Origin: Candidatus Thorarchaeota archaeon
GTDB lineage: Archaea > Asgardarchaeota > Thorarchaeia > Thorarchaeales > Thorarchaeaceae
Length of the DNA: 41,694 bases
Direction of reading: 5' to 3'
Assembly: GCA_016840855.1 (NCBI GenBank)
Contig: JAEORO010000015.1
Span: forward strand, 1 to 41,694
Shown in pieces: positions 18,742 to 27,751 of the stretch. How positions within the stretch are numbered: the stretch's first letter is position 1; each line of letters starts with the position of its first letter. The notes beneath the pieces are model-generated. The model made no database searches. It was given only the letters and a program-made list of their open reading frames with translations, and was not told where the DNA came from. The translations under genes were made by a program, and so were the position numbers.

Positions 18742-19463
18742 TCGTTTTCTTCATCTTTGCTCGTTTGTCCATATCCTGTTCGCCTGCGTCCACTCATTTG
18801 ATCAAATCGTTCGTGTATGTCGCTACGTGAGAGCCTACTATCGCAACTTGTGCACATGAGTGCTCTTGTTTCCTTGATGTTCACTATTTCGCCACATGAG
18901 ATACATGTCCATAAGCCGCCTTGCAGAAGCTTCGTCTTTCGGAATACGACTTTTGCCATATCCCTAAGAGATTCAGGACAGTCATCAGCGACTCCTATGA
19001 TTCCCTTCTCTGACCACTCACAAAGAACAGACACGAGGGTGGTCATAAGTTCAATAATCCTGGTCGCTCGATCTTCAATCTCACTAGAAGTTTCAGATCT
19101 TGTGTCTCGGGGGGCATCAGAAATTTTCTGTAGCACCTCAATGAATGCGAAGAATGCAGGAGCTGGGAATCGGTCTCTACCTCGAGCTTCAACCATTTGA
19201 CCAAGGACAGCTGAAATCATCAATGTCTGAGTATAATCTTCACGTAGAATCTGTTCTGCTTCCTTTACAATTTTTGTAGCATCAATCTTGTAGTTTGTTT
19301 CTTTCAGCCCATGTTCTTCAGCAATTGACTTTACAGAGTCTAAAAGTCCTTTCCCCTTGGACATCAATCGATTGACCTTTTTGGCAATAGTTTGATAGGG
19401 CAATCCAGCATCATTAGCTAGCTCTTGTAAGAGGTCTCGGGCTGTTAAACTCAATCGAAGCAC
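18726..19463 (-). CDS. Hypothetical protein with N-terminal HTH-like segment and C-terminal Cys4 zinc finger
   Basis: ELANDAGLPYQTIAKKV; CISC...CTSC. Confidence 0.7.
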   Translation of the reverse strand: MLRLSLTARDLLQELANDAGLPYQTIAKKVNRLMSKGKGLLDSVKSIAEEHGLKETNYKIDATKIVKEAEQILREDYTQTLMISAVLGQMVEARGRDRFPAPAFFAFIEVLQKISDAPRDTRSETSSEIEDRATRIIELMTTLVSVLCEWSEKGIIGVADDCPESLRDMAKVVFRKTKLLQGGLWTCISCGEIVNIKETRALMCTSCDSRLSRSDIHERFDQMSGRRRTGYGQTSKDEENDYPTS

Positions 19464-19590
19464 GTACCTGTGACGACTTGATTTAATGACACTACGACCA
19501 TTTTAGGTTACCGAAGTATTCTTAGAGGATACATGGATGCGGGACAAATCTCATAAAGGGAAAATTGACGCCAACAGATGGTGGTTCCTG

Positions 19591-20577
19591 ATGAAAGATT
19601 ATGATGTTGTTCTGGCAAGTGGAGCAGAACACTTGAAGGAGAGTTTTCAGGAAGATGGATTCCGTGTGTTCACATCAGGTCTGAATTATGATAGAAGGAG
19701 ATTATTCCCGAATGCAGACATTTATGCAAAGCTAGAAGATATATCGGAACTTTCAGACAGAAGAGTCATCATCATCCAGAGTTGCACTGGTTCAGGCCCC
19801 GCTGAAAATGAACAGTACACAACATCAGATCGTGTTGTTGAACTCCTTCTTCTGCTTGATCTTCTATCAAGACCCGTAGCTGTCAGAGAAGTGAATCACA
19901 AATGCTACGAGTGCGAACCTATTGCTCCACCATCTCGAGTTGAGGTGGTTTTAACATTCCAACCGTTTGCATTACAAGATAAAGCATTTAGAACGGGAGA
20001 AGCAATATCAGCCAGATGGGCAATTGAAACCATTGTTAAAGCATGTAACAAAATCTGGGTTGTAAATCCTCATGCTCCAGATAGTCTTGATTGGGTCAGA
20101 GCATTGAGAGAAAGGAATCTCTATGAAACAATTGATGTGATTCCTGATTTAGTACAATATGCAGAAAAGCAGTTTAGTTTTAATGATGCAATTCTAGTGT
20201 CTCCAGATGAAGGGGCTCAGGAGAGGTACAAAATTAGGGGTTTTGGAAAATCTAGGGAGAATTCTTTCAAAGTAGATCTTCATGGAAACATCGAAGTGAG
20301 AGACAAGCAAGTCATTATCGTAGATGACTTAACAAAGAGTGGAAGTACTCTACTGAAAGCTGCAGATAGACTAAGGAACCAAGGAGCGTCTGATGTAGGA
20401 ATGGCTGTTGCACACGTGTTACCTTTAATCGAGAGAGGTGAAGAACTCCTCGAAGAACTTTTGGAGAACGCTCGTGGCATGATTGTGACAACAAACACAA
20501 TACATACTGATATCTTTGGAGGAAAGAACCCAGAATTAACCTACAATATCGTTCAAACTTTGGTCAAACATTTATAG
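19591..20577 (+). CDS. Divergent ribose-phosphate pyrophosphokinase (Prs)-like protein
   Basis: FPNAD, VIIIQS, QDKAFRTGEAISA, VSPDEGA and PRPP loop VIIVDDLTKSGSTL. Confidence 0.8.
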   Translation: MKDYDVVLASGAEHLKESFQEDGFRVFTSGLNYDRRRLFPNADIYAKLEDISELSDRRVIIIQSCTGSGPAENEQYTTSDRVVELLLLLDLLSRPVAVREVNHKCYECEPIAPPSRVEVVLTFQPFALQDKAFRTGEAISARWAIETIVKACNKIWVVNPHAPDSLDWVRALRERNLYETIDVIPDLVQYAEKQFSFNDAILVSPDEGAQERYKIRGFGKSRENSFKVDLHGNIEVRDKQVIIVDDLTKSGSTLLKAADRLRNQGASDVGMAVAHVLPLIERGEELLEELLENARGMIVTTNTIHTDIFGGKNPELTYNIVQTLVKHL

Positions 20578-20591
20578 AACTCAAGATAGCT

Positions 20592-20816
20592 CTAATCAAT
20601 GAGTTCTTCCGCTTTCCCTTTTGCAGTCCAAGATTTCGTACTAAGTTTCTCAACAAGATTTCTCTTTTCAAGATCAAGAAGGGCTTGTACAACATCATTT
20701 TGGTTGCACTCAATGTTTCGTCGCTTCAAGAATGAAGCGATTGCATTTGGTCTGCGATTATCAGCTAAGATGATTTTTAGAATATTCTTTTGGAGCTCAG
20801 TAATTTCCTCGGACAT
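20592..20816 (-). CDS. Small winged-helix protein
   Basis: LQKNILKII...PNAIASFL...VVQALLDLEKRNLVEK...W pattern. Confidence 0.7.
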   Translation of the reverse strand: MSEEITELQKNILKIILADNRRPNAIASFLKRRNIECNQNDVVQALLDLEKRNLVEKLSTKSWTAKGKAEELID

Positions 20817-20927
20817 TATAACCAAGCAGTTGGGTTTTTCTTGGTTCTTAAGGCTATCTCTGAGTCAAGACTAGCTGATGACGAAACCCTTTTGTTACCA
20901 GAGTCAACTGCGCGAGAGGGAAAATGA

Positions 20928-21683
20928 ATGACAGACAACAGAGAATATCACATTGGAATTGCGCCTGGAGAGATACCTGAACTTGTCCTATTACCTGGAG
21001 ATCCTGACCGATCGCGAGATATTGCGATGAATTTCTTTGATGAGCCAATTGAGATAGCTAAGAAGAGAGAGTATTGGAGTTTCAAAGGAAAATGGAAAGG
21101 AATACCAGTTGCAGTTTGTTCGACCGGGATAGGTTGTCCTTCCGCAGCAATAGCGTTAGAGGAACTAGTCAAAGTCGGATGCACGACATTTCTCCGAGTA
21201 GGAACATCTGGTGCAATTAGTCGTTCTATTGCAGCAGGGGACTTGGTAATCTTCACGGGTTCAGTTAGAGATGATGGAACCTCACGCCAGTATGTACCAA
21301 TCCAATTCCCTGCTGTAGCAGATCCAGAGATGGTATTAGCGCTTATGGAAGCCGCGGAGGAAAATAAAGCAAAGTTCCATGTTGGAATTGGTCACTCAAA
21401 AGATGCTTTCTATAGTGAACACCCCGAATATGTTGCAGATCCCGATAGCACACGACGCAAATGGGAGTCCCTAAGGAACGCTCGAGTCTTAGCAACCGAA
21501 ATGGAATCAGCAGCTCTTTTTGTCATTGGACATCTTAGGGGTGTCAAAGTAGGGACAATATGTGTAGTCATAGGTGAGAATATTGAGAAAGAAGCTAAAA
21601 TTGTTGGTAAACCACCAATTGATTTGTTAATACCTGTAGCATTGGATGCGATGACCTCGTTCAAGCGATTGAAAGAATCTTAG
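20928..21683 (+). CDS. udp: Uridine/nucleoside phosphorylase (NP-I family)
   Basis: YHI, LPGDPDR, STGIGCPS, RVGTSG, RDDGTS, EMESAALF. Confidence 0.9.
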   Translation: MTDNREYHIGIAPGEIPELVLLPGDPDRSRDIAMNFFDEPIEIAKKREYWSFKGKWKGIPVAVCSTGIGCPSAAIALEELVKVGCTTFLRVGTSGAISRSIAAGDLVIFTGSVRDDGTSRQYVPIQFPAVADPEMVLALMEAAEENKAKFHVGIGHSKDAFYSEHPEYVADPDSTRRKWESLRNARVLATEMESAALFVIGHLRGVKVGTICVVIGENIEKEAKIVGKPPIDLLIPVALDAMTSFKRLKES

Positions 21684-22477
21684 ATTCCACCAAACCATAC
21701 TCTCTTTTGAACAGCCATATGCAAATCTTCTGCAGTTCTCTTATCGATGCCAGTGATACTTGCTAGCTGCTCAGGACTTGTCGCTACAAGCTCAGTTGTG
21801 GTCGCAATTCCAGAATTGAATATCAAATTGATAGTTGGTTCGGGTGTACCGAGTTCAGTGAGAAGGCCTCTAAGGTCAGCCATTGCGTCAGCGGTTGCTA
21901 ACGGTGGTGTAACTTCTGGCATCTCTTTTTCAATCGGATCTTCCTCACTCTCTTCACCTTCTTCGAGAGCTTGGGGTTTAGTTTTTACTTCAGGCTCAGC
22001 AGATTTCTTCAATTCACGAAACTCAGCCATCTCACCTCTAACACCATGCTTTGCAATAAATGAGGGTCGCAAGAATATGATTCCGATTATCACACATAAA
22101 ATTAGAATTGGAAGAACAAAGTCACTTCTGATATCGATTGGTACAATTGAGGGTCCAATTCCTGGTCCAATAAGACCGCCGATAATACCATCACGAAATA
22201 GTGTTGTCCAGGAGTCGCCCGAAAGGTCAGTGAAAAGAATTAACCAAAGCGGGGAAAATAATCCGAAACCTCCGGTTTCATAGATTAGAAATTCTCTCAC
22301 GATTCTCCTTCTTGCGATGTAGATGAGAATAGGGGGAACAATCGCTATCAATATTGAAATGAAGAACCAAGTGACGTAGATATCCCATGATAAGGCAAGT
22401 ATCTTGATTATTGCAGCGCCTAGAAATATAACAAGCGTAAGAAGTGCACTTATAGTAACACCATGAGCATATCTCAT
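21680..22477 (-). CDS. Membrane protein (about 4 TM) with acidic linker and C-terminal helix-hairpin-helix-like domain
   Basis: Hydrophobic N-terminal half; C-terminal SGIATTTELVATSPEQLASITGIDKRTAEDL resembles RadA-N/HHH_5; GAGGTGAG SD. Confidence 0.75.
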   Translation of the reverse strand: MRYAHGVTISALLTLVIFLGAAIIKILALSWDIYVTWFFISILIAIVPPILIYIARRRIVREFLIYETGGFGLFSPLWLILFTDLSGDSWTTLFRDGIIGGLIGPGIGPSIVPIDIRSDFVLPILILCVIIGIIFLRPSFIAKHGVRGEMAEFRELKKSAEPEVKTKPQALEEGEESEEDPIEKEMPEVTPPLATADAMADLRGLLTELGTPEPTINLIFNSGIATTTELVATSPEQLASITGIDKRTAEDLHMAVQKRVWFGGI

Positions 22478-22731
22478 ATTTTCAACTCACCTCAACGGGA
22501 TTAATCAATTCGATATTGCGAGAGAATCTTTTAGGTGTTTGTAGGATTTCATCCCGGAAGTGCTTGCCATGTATATTGAAACCACAGGGAGTGAAAACAC
22601 ATAAGTTGGACTATGAATTGCGCAAATGGCTCAAAATAGGGGGAAGCGCGCTCTAGAGTGCATTTCTAAGATAAGTCTTATAAGGGTCTAGAGTGACTTT
22701 AAACGCACCCTTTTGGAGGAGAAATGAAAAA

Positions 22732-22902
22732 ATGACATTTATCGTTAAGAAGGCAGTGCAAGATTATGCAAAGAAGAAGAATCTACAAGTTAGTGGAGAC
22801 TTCTACGATGCTCTTGACAAGAAGATTGGAACAATTTTAGATCACGCTGCCAAAAGGACTGGCGAAAATAAGCGTAAGACCCTCAAGGCTTACGACTTAT
22901 AA
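22732..22902 (+). CDS. Minimal archaeal histone-fold protein (truncated alpha3, face-to-face/HTkC-like type)
   Basis: 56 aa: IVKKAV...QVSGDFYDAL...AAKRT..NKRKTLKAYDL; GGAGGAG SD and CTTATAAG TATA upstream. Confidence 0.85.
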   Translation: MTFIVKKAVQDYAKKKNLQVSGDFYDALDKKIGTILDHAAKRTGENKRKTLKAYDL

Positions 22903-22923
22903 TTAAGGCCGATGATGCCGGGA

Positions 22924-22961
22924 GTGGGAGCACACTAGAAAGTGCTTCCACAACCTTTTTT
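22924..22961 (+). terminator. Hairpin plus T-tract after the histone gene
   Basis: GTGGGAGCAC-ACTAGAAA-GTGCTTCCAC (10 bp, one G.U) then AACCTTTTTT. Confidence 0.65.
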
Positions 22962-23034
22962 CTTCTCTAAAACGTCATCCTTATCAACTCGTATTTTAGT
23001 GGCTGGCTGTTTCATTGTTAAGGAGTAATGATAT

Positions 23035-23814
23035 TTGTACAAGGTATGCCTCACTAATGATGATGGCCCGCGGAGTGAAGGATTGTTAAGACTTGCAGAT
23101 TTTCTAAGTAAGGAAGTAGAGCTGATAGTAGTAGTGCCAGATGCTCAGCGCAGCGCGTCAGGGAAATCATTGACTTTGAAGAGACCAATAAGGATTACTG
23201 AGAAACATGAGAATAATGGATACAAGTTCATCTCACATGATGGTGCACCAGCAGATTCAGTAATACTCGCTCAAGCATTCTATCAGGATATCGACCTTGT
23301 AATCTCAGGTATAAACTCTGGTGCGAATGTAGGATATCAAAGTATTTTGACAAGTGGGACTGTAGGTGCAGCTTTTGAGGCGGCCATTAGAGACCTACCT
23401 GCGATTGCAGCATCTCGTGAAGCTTCACCAAGTGATTGGTTTGAAGCAAAGGGCACGAATGGAGATTGCGAAAAAGCGTGCATCATCATAAGGGACCTTG
23501 CAATGAAGGTCCTAGAAAAAGGATTACCCCAAGGTATCGATATGTTGAATCTGAATTTCCCGCGTAATATTACAGAAAACTCAATGATCATAGTCACCAA
23601 ACCAACCAAAGTTCGGATGCATAATGAAGTAGAAAAAAGAACAGACCCAAATGGTCGTCCATACTACTGGTACCTCGGAATCGAAAAAGATCCCCAACCA
23701 AAATCTGATGCATACGAGGTAATCGTTAATGGAAACATCTCAATTTCTCCGATAATTCTTAATTGGATAGGAGATGCTGAACTTAAGAGCTTAGAAGAGT
23801 TCATGAAGATGTGA
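23035..23814 (+). CDS. surE: 5'/3'-nucleotidase SurE
   Basis: LTNDDG, QRSASG, GAPAD, SGINSGAN, SGTVGAA, LNLNFP, DPNGRPYYW. Confidence 0.95.
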   Translation: MYKVCLTNDDGPRSEGLLRLADFLSKEVELIVVVPDAQRSASGKSLTLKRPIRITEKHENNGYKFISHDGAPADSVILAQAFYQDIDLVISGINSGANVGYQSILTSGTVGAAFEAAIRDLPAIAASREASPSDWFEAKGTNGDCEKACIIIRDLAMKVLEKGLPQGIDMLNLNFPRNITENSMIIVTKPTKVRMHNEVEKRTDPNGRPYYWYLGIEKDPQPKSDAYEVIVNGNISISPIILNWIGDAELKSLEEFMKM

Positions 23815-24811
23815 TCTTCTCCAGCGCACGCCATAATGCATCCACTTTAGGTCGCTGAAGTGAATATCCATCAGAATCAGTTACTATTATCCTATGATCC
23901 GGATTTGCCATAATCCTACCAATAACTCTTGCAGATATTCCTCTTGATTGAACCGTATTCACAACCTCAGTTGAATATTCTTCATCGCAACAGATGATCA
24001 TACAACCACTACTAATTAGCTCTAGCGGATCAATTTTCAACAAGTCACAAATCAGTCTAGTAGTTACATCAATTGGTATAGCATCTCTGTATATCTCAAA
24101 TCCAACATTACTGGCGTCACAGATTTCATGGATTCCTCCTGAGAAACCGCCTTCGGTAGGATCATGCATGGCAGTGACATGACCTGTTTCGAATGCTGCA
24201 AGGCCTTCTGCAACCACGCTAATCTTGTTTCTCAGAGCCTTTGCTTGCGTAATTACTGACATGTCAACCTTCGATTTAAGATAATCTTCACCCTCAGTTG
24301 CGAGAATTGCGGTACCCTCATATGCAATTGATTTAGTGATGATTATCGAGTTACCTGGTTTTGCACCTGATGATGTAACATAGTTTCCTTGATCAGCAAG
24401 TCCCACCATAAACCCGACTATTATTGGTCTATCAATACCATCAGTAATTTCTGAATGACCTCCAGCAACAGCTATTCCAAGCATTGATGTAGCTGCATCA
24501 ATTTGGCTCATTATTCTCTCAAGTTGATCAGCAGTGGTTTTGGTGGGCAACATTATCGTTGCAAGAAACCATCGAGGGGACACGCCAAAAGTTGCAATGT
24601 CATTAGCATTTACATGAACCGCAAGCCATCCTATATCAGATATTGACCCAGTTATTGGATCCGTTGCTGCAATTATGACCTTATCACCAATACGAATTAC
24701 TGATGCATCCTCTCCAAGGCGAGGCCCAAGTAGGACATCTGGATCAGTCATACCCAGTTTTGCAAAGACAATCCTTTGAAGGACTTCAGGTGGAACCTTT
24801 CCAACAAGCAT
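23801..24811 (-). CDS. AIR synthase-related (PurM/HypE/ThiL superfamily) protein
   Basis: GEDA, TDPITG, NANDIA, GGHSE, MHDPTEGG, LISSG. Confidence 0.88.
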   Translation of the reverse strand: MLVGKVPPEVLQRIVFAKLGMTDPDVLLGPRLGEDASVIRIGDKVIIAATDPITGSISDIGWLAVHVNANDIATFGVSPRWFLATIMLPTKTTADQLERIMSQIDAATSMLGIAVAGGHSEITDGIDRPIIVGFMVGLADQGNYVTSSGAKPGNSIIITKSIAYEGTAILATEGEDYLKSKVDMSVITQAKALRNKISVVAEGLAAFETGHVTAMHDPTEGGFSGGIHEICDASNVGFEIYRDAIPIDVTTRLICDLLKIDPLELISSGCMIICCDEEYSTEVVNTVQSRGISARVIGRIMANPDHRIIVTDSDGYSLQRPKVDALWRALEKITSS

Positions 24812-24819
24812 CTAATATA

Positions 24820-24944
24820 CACCTCTATAGGAGGTGCGCACAGATCATGTGCCTGATGCATGAAAAGCAGATTCATAGCAACCCAATTTTGGGCTCTCCT
24901 CGCTCACTATGACACCAGGCATCACTCTGACCTTGTGCGCATCT
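24820..24944 (-). promoter_or_regulatory. Candidate structured 5' leader RNA with SD-sequestering hairpin
   Basis: Nested complementary segments with several G.U pairs only on the minus strand; CACCUC can pair with SD GAGGUG. Confidence 0.5.
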
Positions 24945-24998
24945 TAGAAACCGATTTCGTGCTAATAACATAATCGAGAATGGCACTGTTATAGATTA

Positions 24999-26477
24999 TT
25001 ATCGAGGAAGATAGGTTTCTACTTGACGGAGGTCTTGTTCTCGTAAGCGAGTCCTAGATAGACTAGCACTAAGAAGTGTTCGTAGGATTGATTTTTCCTT
25101 GAGTAGGTCACGAGAAAGGTAAGCACGACCACCTGCAGCTCTAGCGACAAGGTATGCGCCAAATGTCTTTCTGAATTCATCAACCATAAGGATGGTTTCG
25201 ATAGTATCATGCAAACCCTCCTTCTTCATTCTCAATGTGGCGGCTAGCTCGAGAGCTTCATGGTATGGACGCTTCAGAAAACGAGGCCATTTAGATTGCT
25301 CAGAATCGACATTGACAGCTGCAAGCCGAACTTTTGCTTTCCTAACCAATCGTGCAGTACGAACAAGGTCTTGAACAGGTGTATATTGCTCATGACCAGG
25401 ACCAGCGGATTGAGCAAGAGGAATATTGGGAGAGAAATCTGAAACTAGTATCAAAAGGGGTTCGATGTCGTTGTTACGCATGCGTTCTCTCCGAATTGTA
25501 TCAAGGGACTTCTTGAGAGCCTCAGCTAAAGGTGTAAGCCCTGAAATCTTAAGACGCCCCAAAGCTCGATAGATTTTGTTCCAATTAGTTGTTGGTGCTT
25601 GAATCTCAACAGCTCCACTATCTTTGAAAGCAATAATCCCAGTACGATCCTTTGATCCTCTTGTTTCACTCTCTATTCTTTCAAGAAATTCTCTGACCTC
25701 TTCCATACTACCTTTCATTGAGAGACTTACATCAATTACAAGAATGATTGTGAGTGGTGTGCGTCCTGTAAAAACACTCTCACGGAGATCTGCTTTCTTA
25801 ATCTTGAGTGAACCATCGGATTTCTTCCCAGTTCGTGCGATTGCGGCCATTATGGTGGATGGGACATGTATACTTCCTACTTCTCCAGTCGGAATTCTTG
25901 AACGAACAGGTCTACCATATTTTATTGTGTCGGAGGACTTTAGAGACCCTACTGCTCTTGAGCTAATTCGTTTCTTGATCCAACCACCTGATGAAACCCG
26001 TGCTCGGATCATCGCCCTTTTTCTCAACATATCCAAATCGAATAGTTCTTCGCCTGTGTCAATGTCTGGCATCTTCACAAAGAATAAATCATCCAATCCA
26101 AAAGGTGCTTCTCTAATTTCAGATTTGGGACCTGATACCATATCCGGCGTTTGAGGGGTATATGGTCTCGTTGCTAGACCCCACTCATCACCTGGTTCTG
26201 GCTTCCCTCCACCAGGTTCTACAGTATCGATGCCTGCAGCAGGTCCACTGCTTCTACGGGTCATAACATCCAACCATTTCCTGACTACATACCACAAAAT
26301 AGGAGCAATAACAATACTATCAATAATCAAAGCCGGCGCTGAGGGGAACTGAAAAATCGGAACTCCAAGAATCCAGTTGATAGGACTTACATAGAGCCAT
26401 GCAAGATAGATGAAGAAAACCACCATCATTACTGCAATGATAGTTCCTTTAATGGGATCACCCTGAGGACTCCTCAC
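24999..26477 (-). CDS. VWA-domain protein (ChlD/BchD C-terminal-like) with two N-terminal TM helices
   Basis: MIDAS DVSLSM, GLTPLAEAL, LVSD; upstream TIMAAI...DLRESV motif as in ChlD; hydrophobic N-terminus. Confidence 0.85.
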   Translation of the reverse strand: MRSPQGDPIKGTIIAVMMVVFFIYLAWLYVSPINWILGVPIFQFPSAPALIIDSIVIAPILWYVVRKWLDVMTRRSSGPAAGIDTVEPGGGKPEPGDEWGLATRPYTPQTPDMVSGPKSEIREAPFGLDDLFFVKMPDIDTGEELFDLDMLRKRAMIRARVSSGGWIKKRISSRAVGSLKSSDTIKYGRPVRSRIPTGEVGSIHVPSTIMAAIARTGKKSDGSLKIKKADLRESVFTGRTPLTIILVIDVSLSMKGSMEEVREFLERIESETRGSKDRTGIIAFKDSGAVEIQAPTTNWNKIYRALGRLKISGLTPLAEALKKSLDTIRRERMRNNDIEPLLILVSDFSPNIPLAQSAGPGHEQYTPVQDLVRTARLVRKAKVRLAAVNVDSEQSKWPRFLKRPYHEALELAATLRMKKEGLHDTIETILMVDEFRKTFGAYLVARAAGGRAYLSRDLLKEKSILRTLLSASLSRTRLREQDLRQVETYLPR

Positions 26478-26497
26478 TCCTTCCGGAGTTTTTTTTT
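26457..26497 (-). other. Candidate -1 frameshift signal: A9 run followed by hairpins
   Basis: GGC AAA AAA AAA CTC CGG AAG GAG TGA; -1 frame reads ACT CCG GAA GGA GTG AGG AGT CCT into the VWA ORF. Confidence 0.6.
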
Positions 26498-27667
26498 GCC
26501 TTCTTGTTTTCCAGAAGTTGCAAATCTGGATCCTCGACCAAAGCGACCTCCACTGATTCGAGCACCAGATTTATCGTCATCCTCTTCTGGAACCTCGGTA
26601 GGAGATTTTCGTCGCTCTGTTTTCTGAGCTACATCTACAGCTTTTGTTATCGCTTGATCTACATCTTCTGGAGAGGGAGGTTCTAACAGTCCACCACGAC
26701 GAGTCCTATGACTAAGTACAAGTTGTGATGCAAGCTTCATATCATCAAGTGTAACCTGCTTGCGTCCCTCGAGTGCAGCATTTGTGATTGCAGCTTTACT
26801 AATGATGATATCTGGTCTAACACCATCTACTTCGAGAGCATCGCAAGCCATTGCAATTGCTCTCAAATTTACATCAGGCAGAACTACTTCTCGGAGTATT
26901 TCTTTAGCTTGGATTATTCTATCACGAAGCTCTGCTTGTTGAGCTGCCCAGCATTCTCTGAATTTGTCAGGATCTTCTTCGAACGCAAGATTTCTCCTAA
27001 CGAGTTCCATTCTTTCTTCAATTGAATGATGACTTCCAACAGCGACATGAAGTGGAAATCGATCTAATAGCTGTGGTCTTAGCTCACCTTCTTCTGGATT
27101 CATAGTGCCGATTAAGACAAAATCTGATGGATGAGCTATTGAGATGCCTTCACGTTCAATCACATTGATCTTTGTTGCTGCTGCATCAAGGAGGTCATCA
27201 ACAAGATGATCTGGAAGTAGGTTCACTTCATCTACATAAAGGACATTCTGATGAGCCTCAGCGAGTATTCCAGGCCGAAGAGCTTGAATTCCATCTTGTA
27301 ATACTCTTTCAATATCAAGTGCTCCAATCAATCGATCTTCAGTTGTTGAGAGCGGGAGATTCACAACCCTCATTTTTCTTGATTCAGATTGTATCTTTTT
27401 TCCAGATTCAAGATTAGTTCTACATTCTTCACATAAGAAATCATGATTGTTGGGGTTACAACCAAACCTGCATCCTACCACAACTTCTACTTCAGGTAAG
27501 AGGTCTGCTAACGCTCGCACTACGGTCGTTTTCCCAGTGCCTTTTGGACCAGATACAAGGACACCACCAATTTGTGGGTTAATACCATTAAGAATGAGGG
27601 CAAGCTTTAATCGCTCAAGACCGACTAGAGATGTGAAAGGTAATGTTGTCCGTCTTAGCTCGCCCAT
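26474..27667 (-). CDS. Mg/Co-chelatase subunit I (ChlI/BchI)-like AAA+ ATPase
   Basis: GGVLVSGPKGTGKT, TEDRLIGALD, LYVDEVNLL, EREGIS, MNPEEGELRPQLLDRF. Confidence 0.93.
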   Translation of the reverse strand: MGELRRTTLPFTSLVGLERLKLALILNGINPQIGGVLVSGPKGTGKTTVVRALADLLPEVEVVVGCRFGCNPNNHDFLCEECRTNLESGKKIQSESRKMRVVNLPLSTTEDRLIGALDIERVLQDGIQALRPGILAEAHQNVLYVDEVNLLPDHLVDDLLDAAATKINVIEREGISIAHPSDFVLIGTMNPEEGELRPQLLDRFPLHVAVGSHHSIEERMELVRRNLAFEEDPDKFRECWAAQQAELRDRIIQAKEILREVVLPDVNLRAIAMACDALEVDGVRPDIIISKAAITNAALEGRKQVTLDDMKLASQLVLSHRTRRGGLLEPPSPEDVDQAITKAVDVAQKTERRKSPTEVPEEDDDKSGARISGGRFGRGSRFATSGKQEGKKKLRKE

Positions 27668-27751
27668 CAGTATCACTTTTAGCTATATTTCCGCGGAAAT
27701 AGAGTGATAGTTACAAATAAGGCTAAGTGTTCATGTAATATAGTGAGTGTT

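Noticed and set aside
22924-22951. Eukaryotic histone mRNA stem-loop homolog
   Set aside because: Stem length, loop size and sequence do not match the 6-bp/4-nt consensus; treated as a terminator-like hairpin
24832-24944. SECIS element, 5S rRNA or tRNA
   Set aside because: GA quartet not in register, no adjacent in-frame TGA selenoprotein candidate seen, and no 5S or cloverleaf consensus
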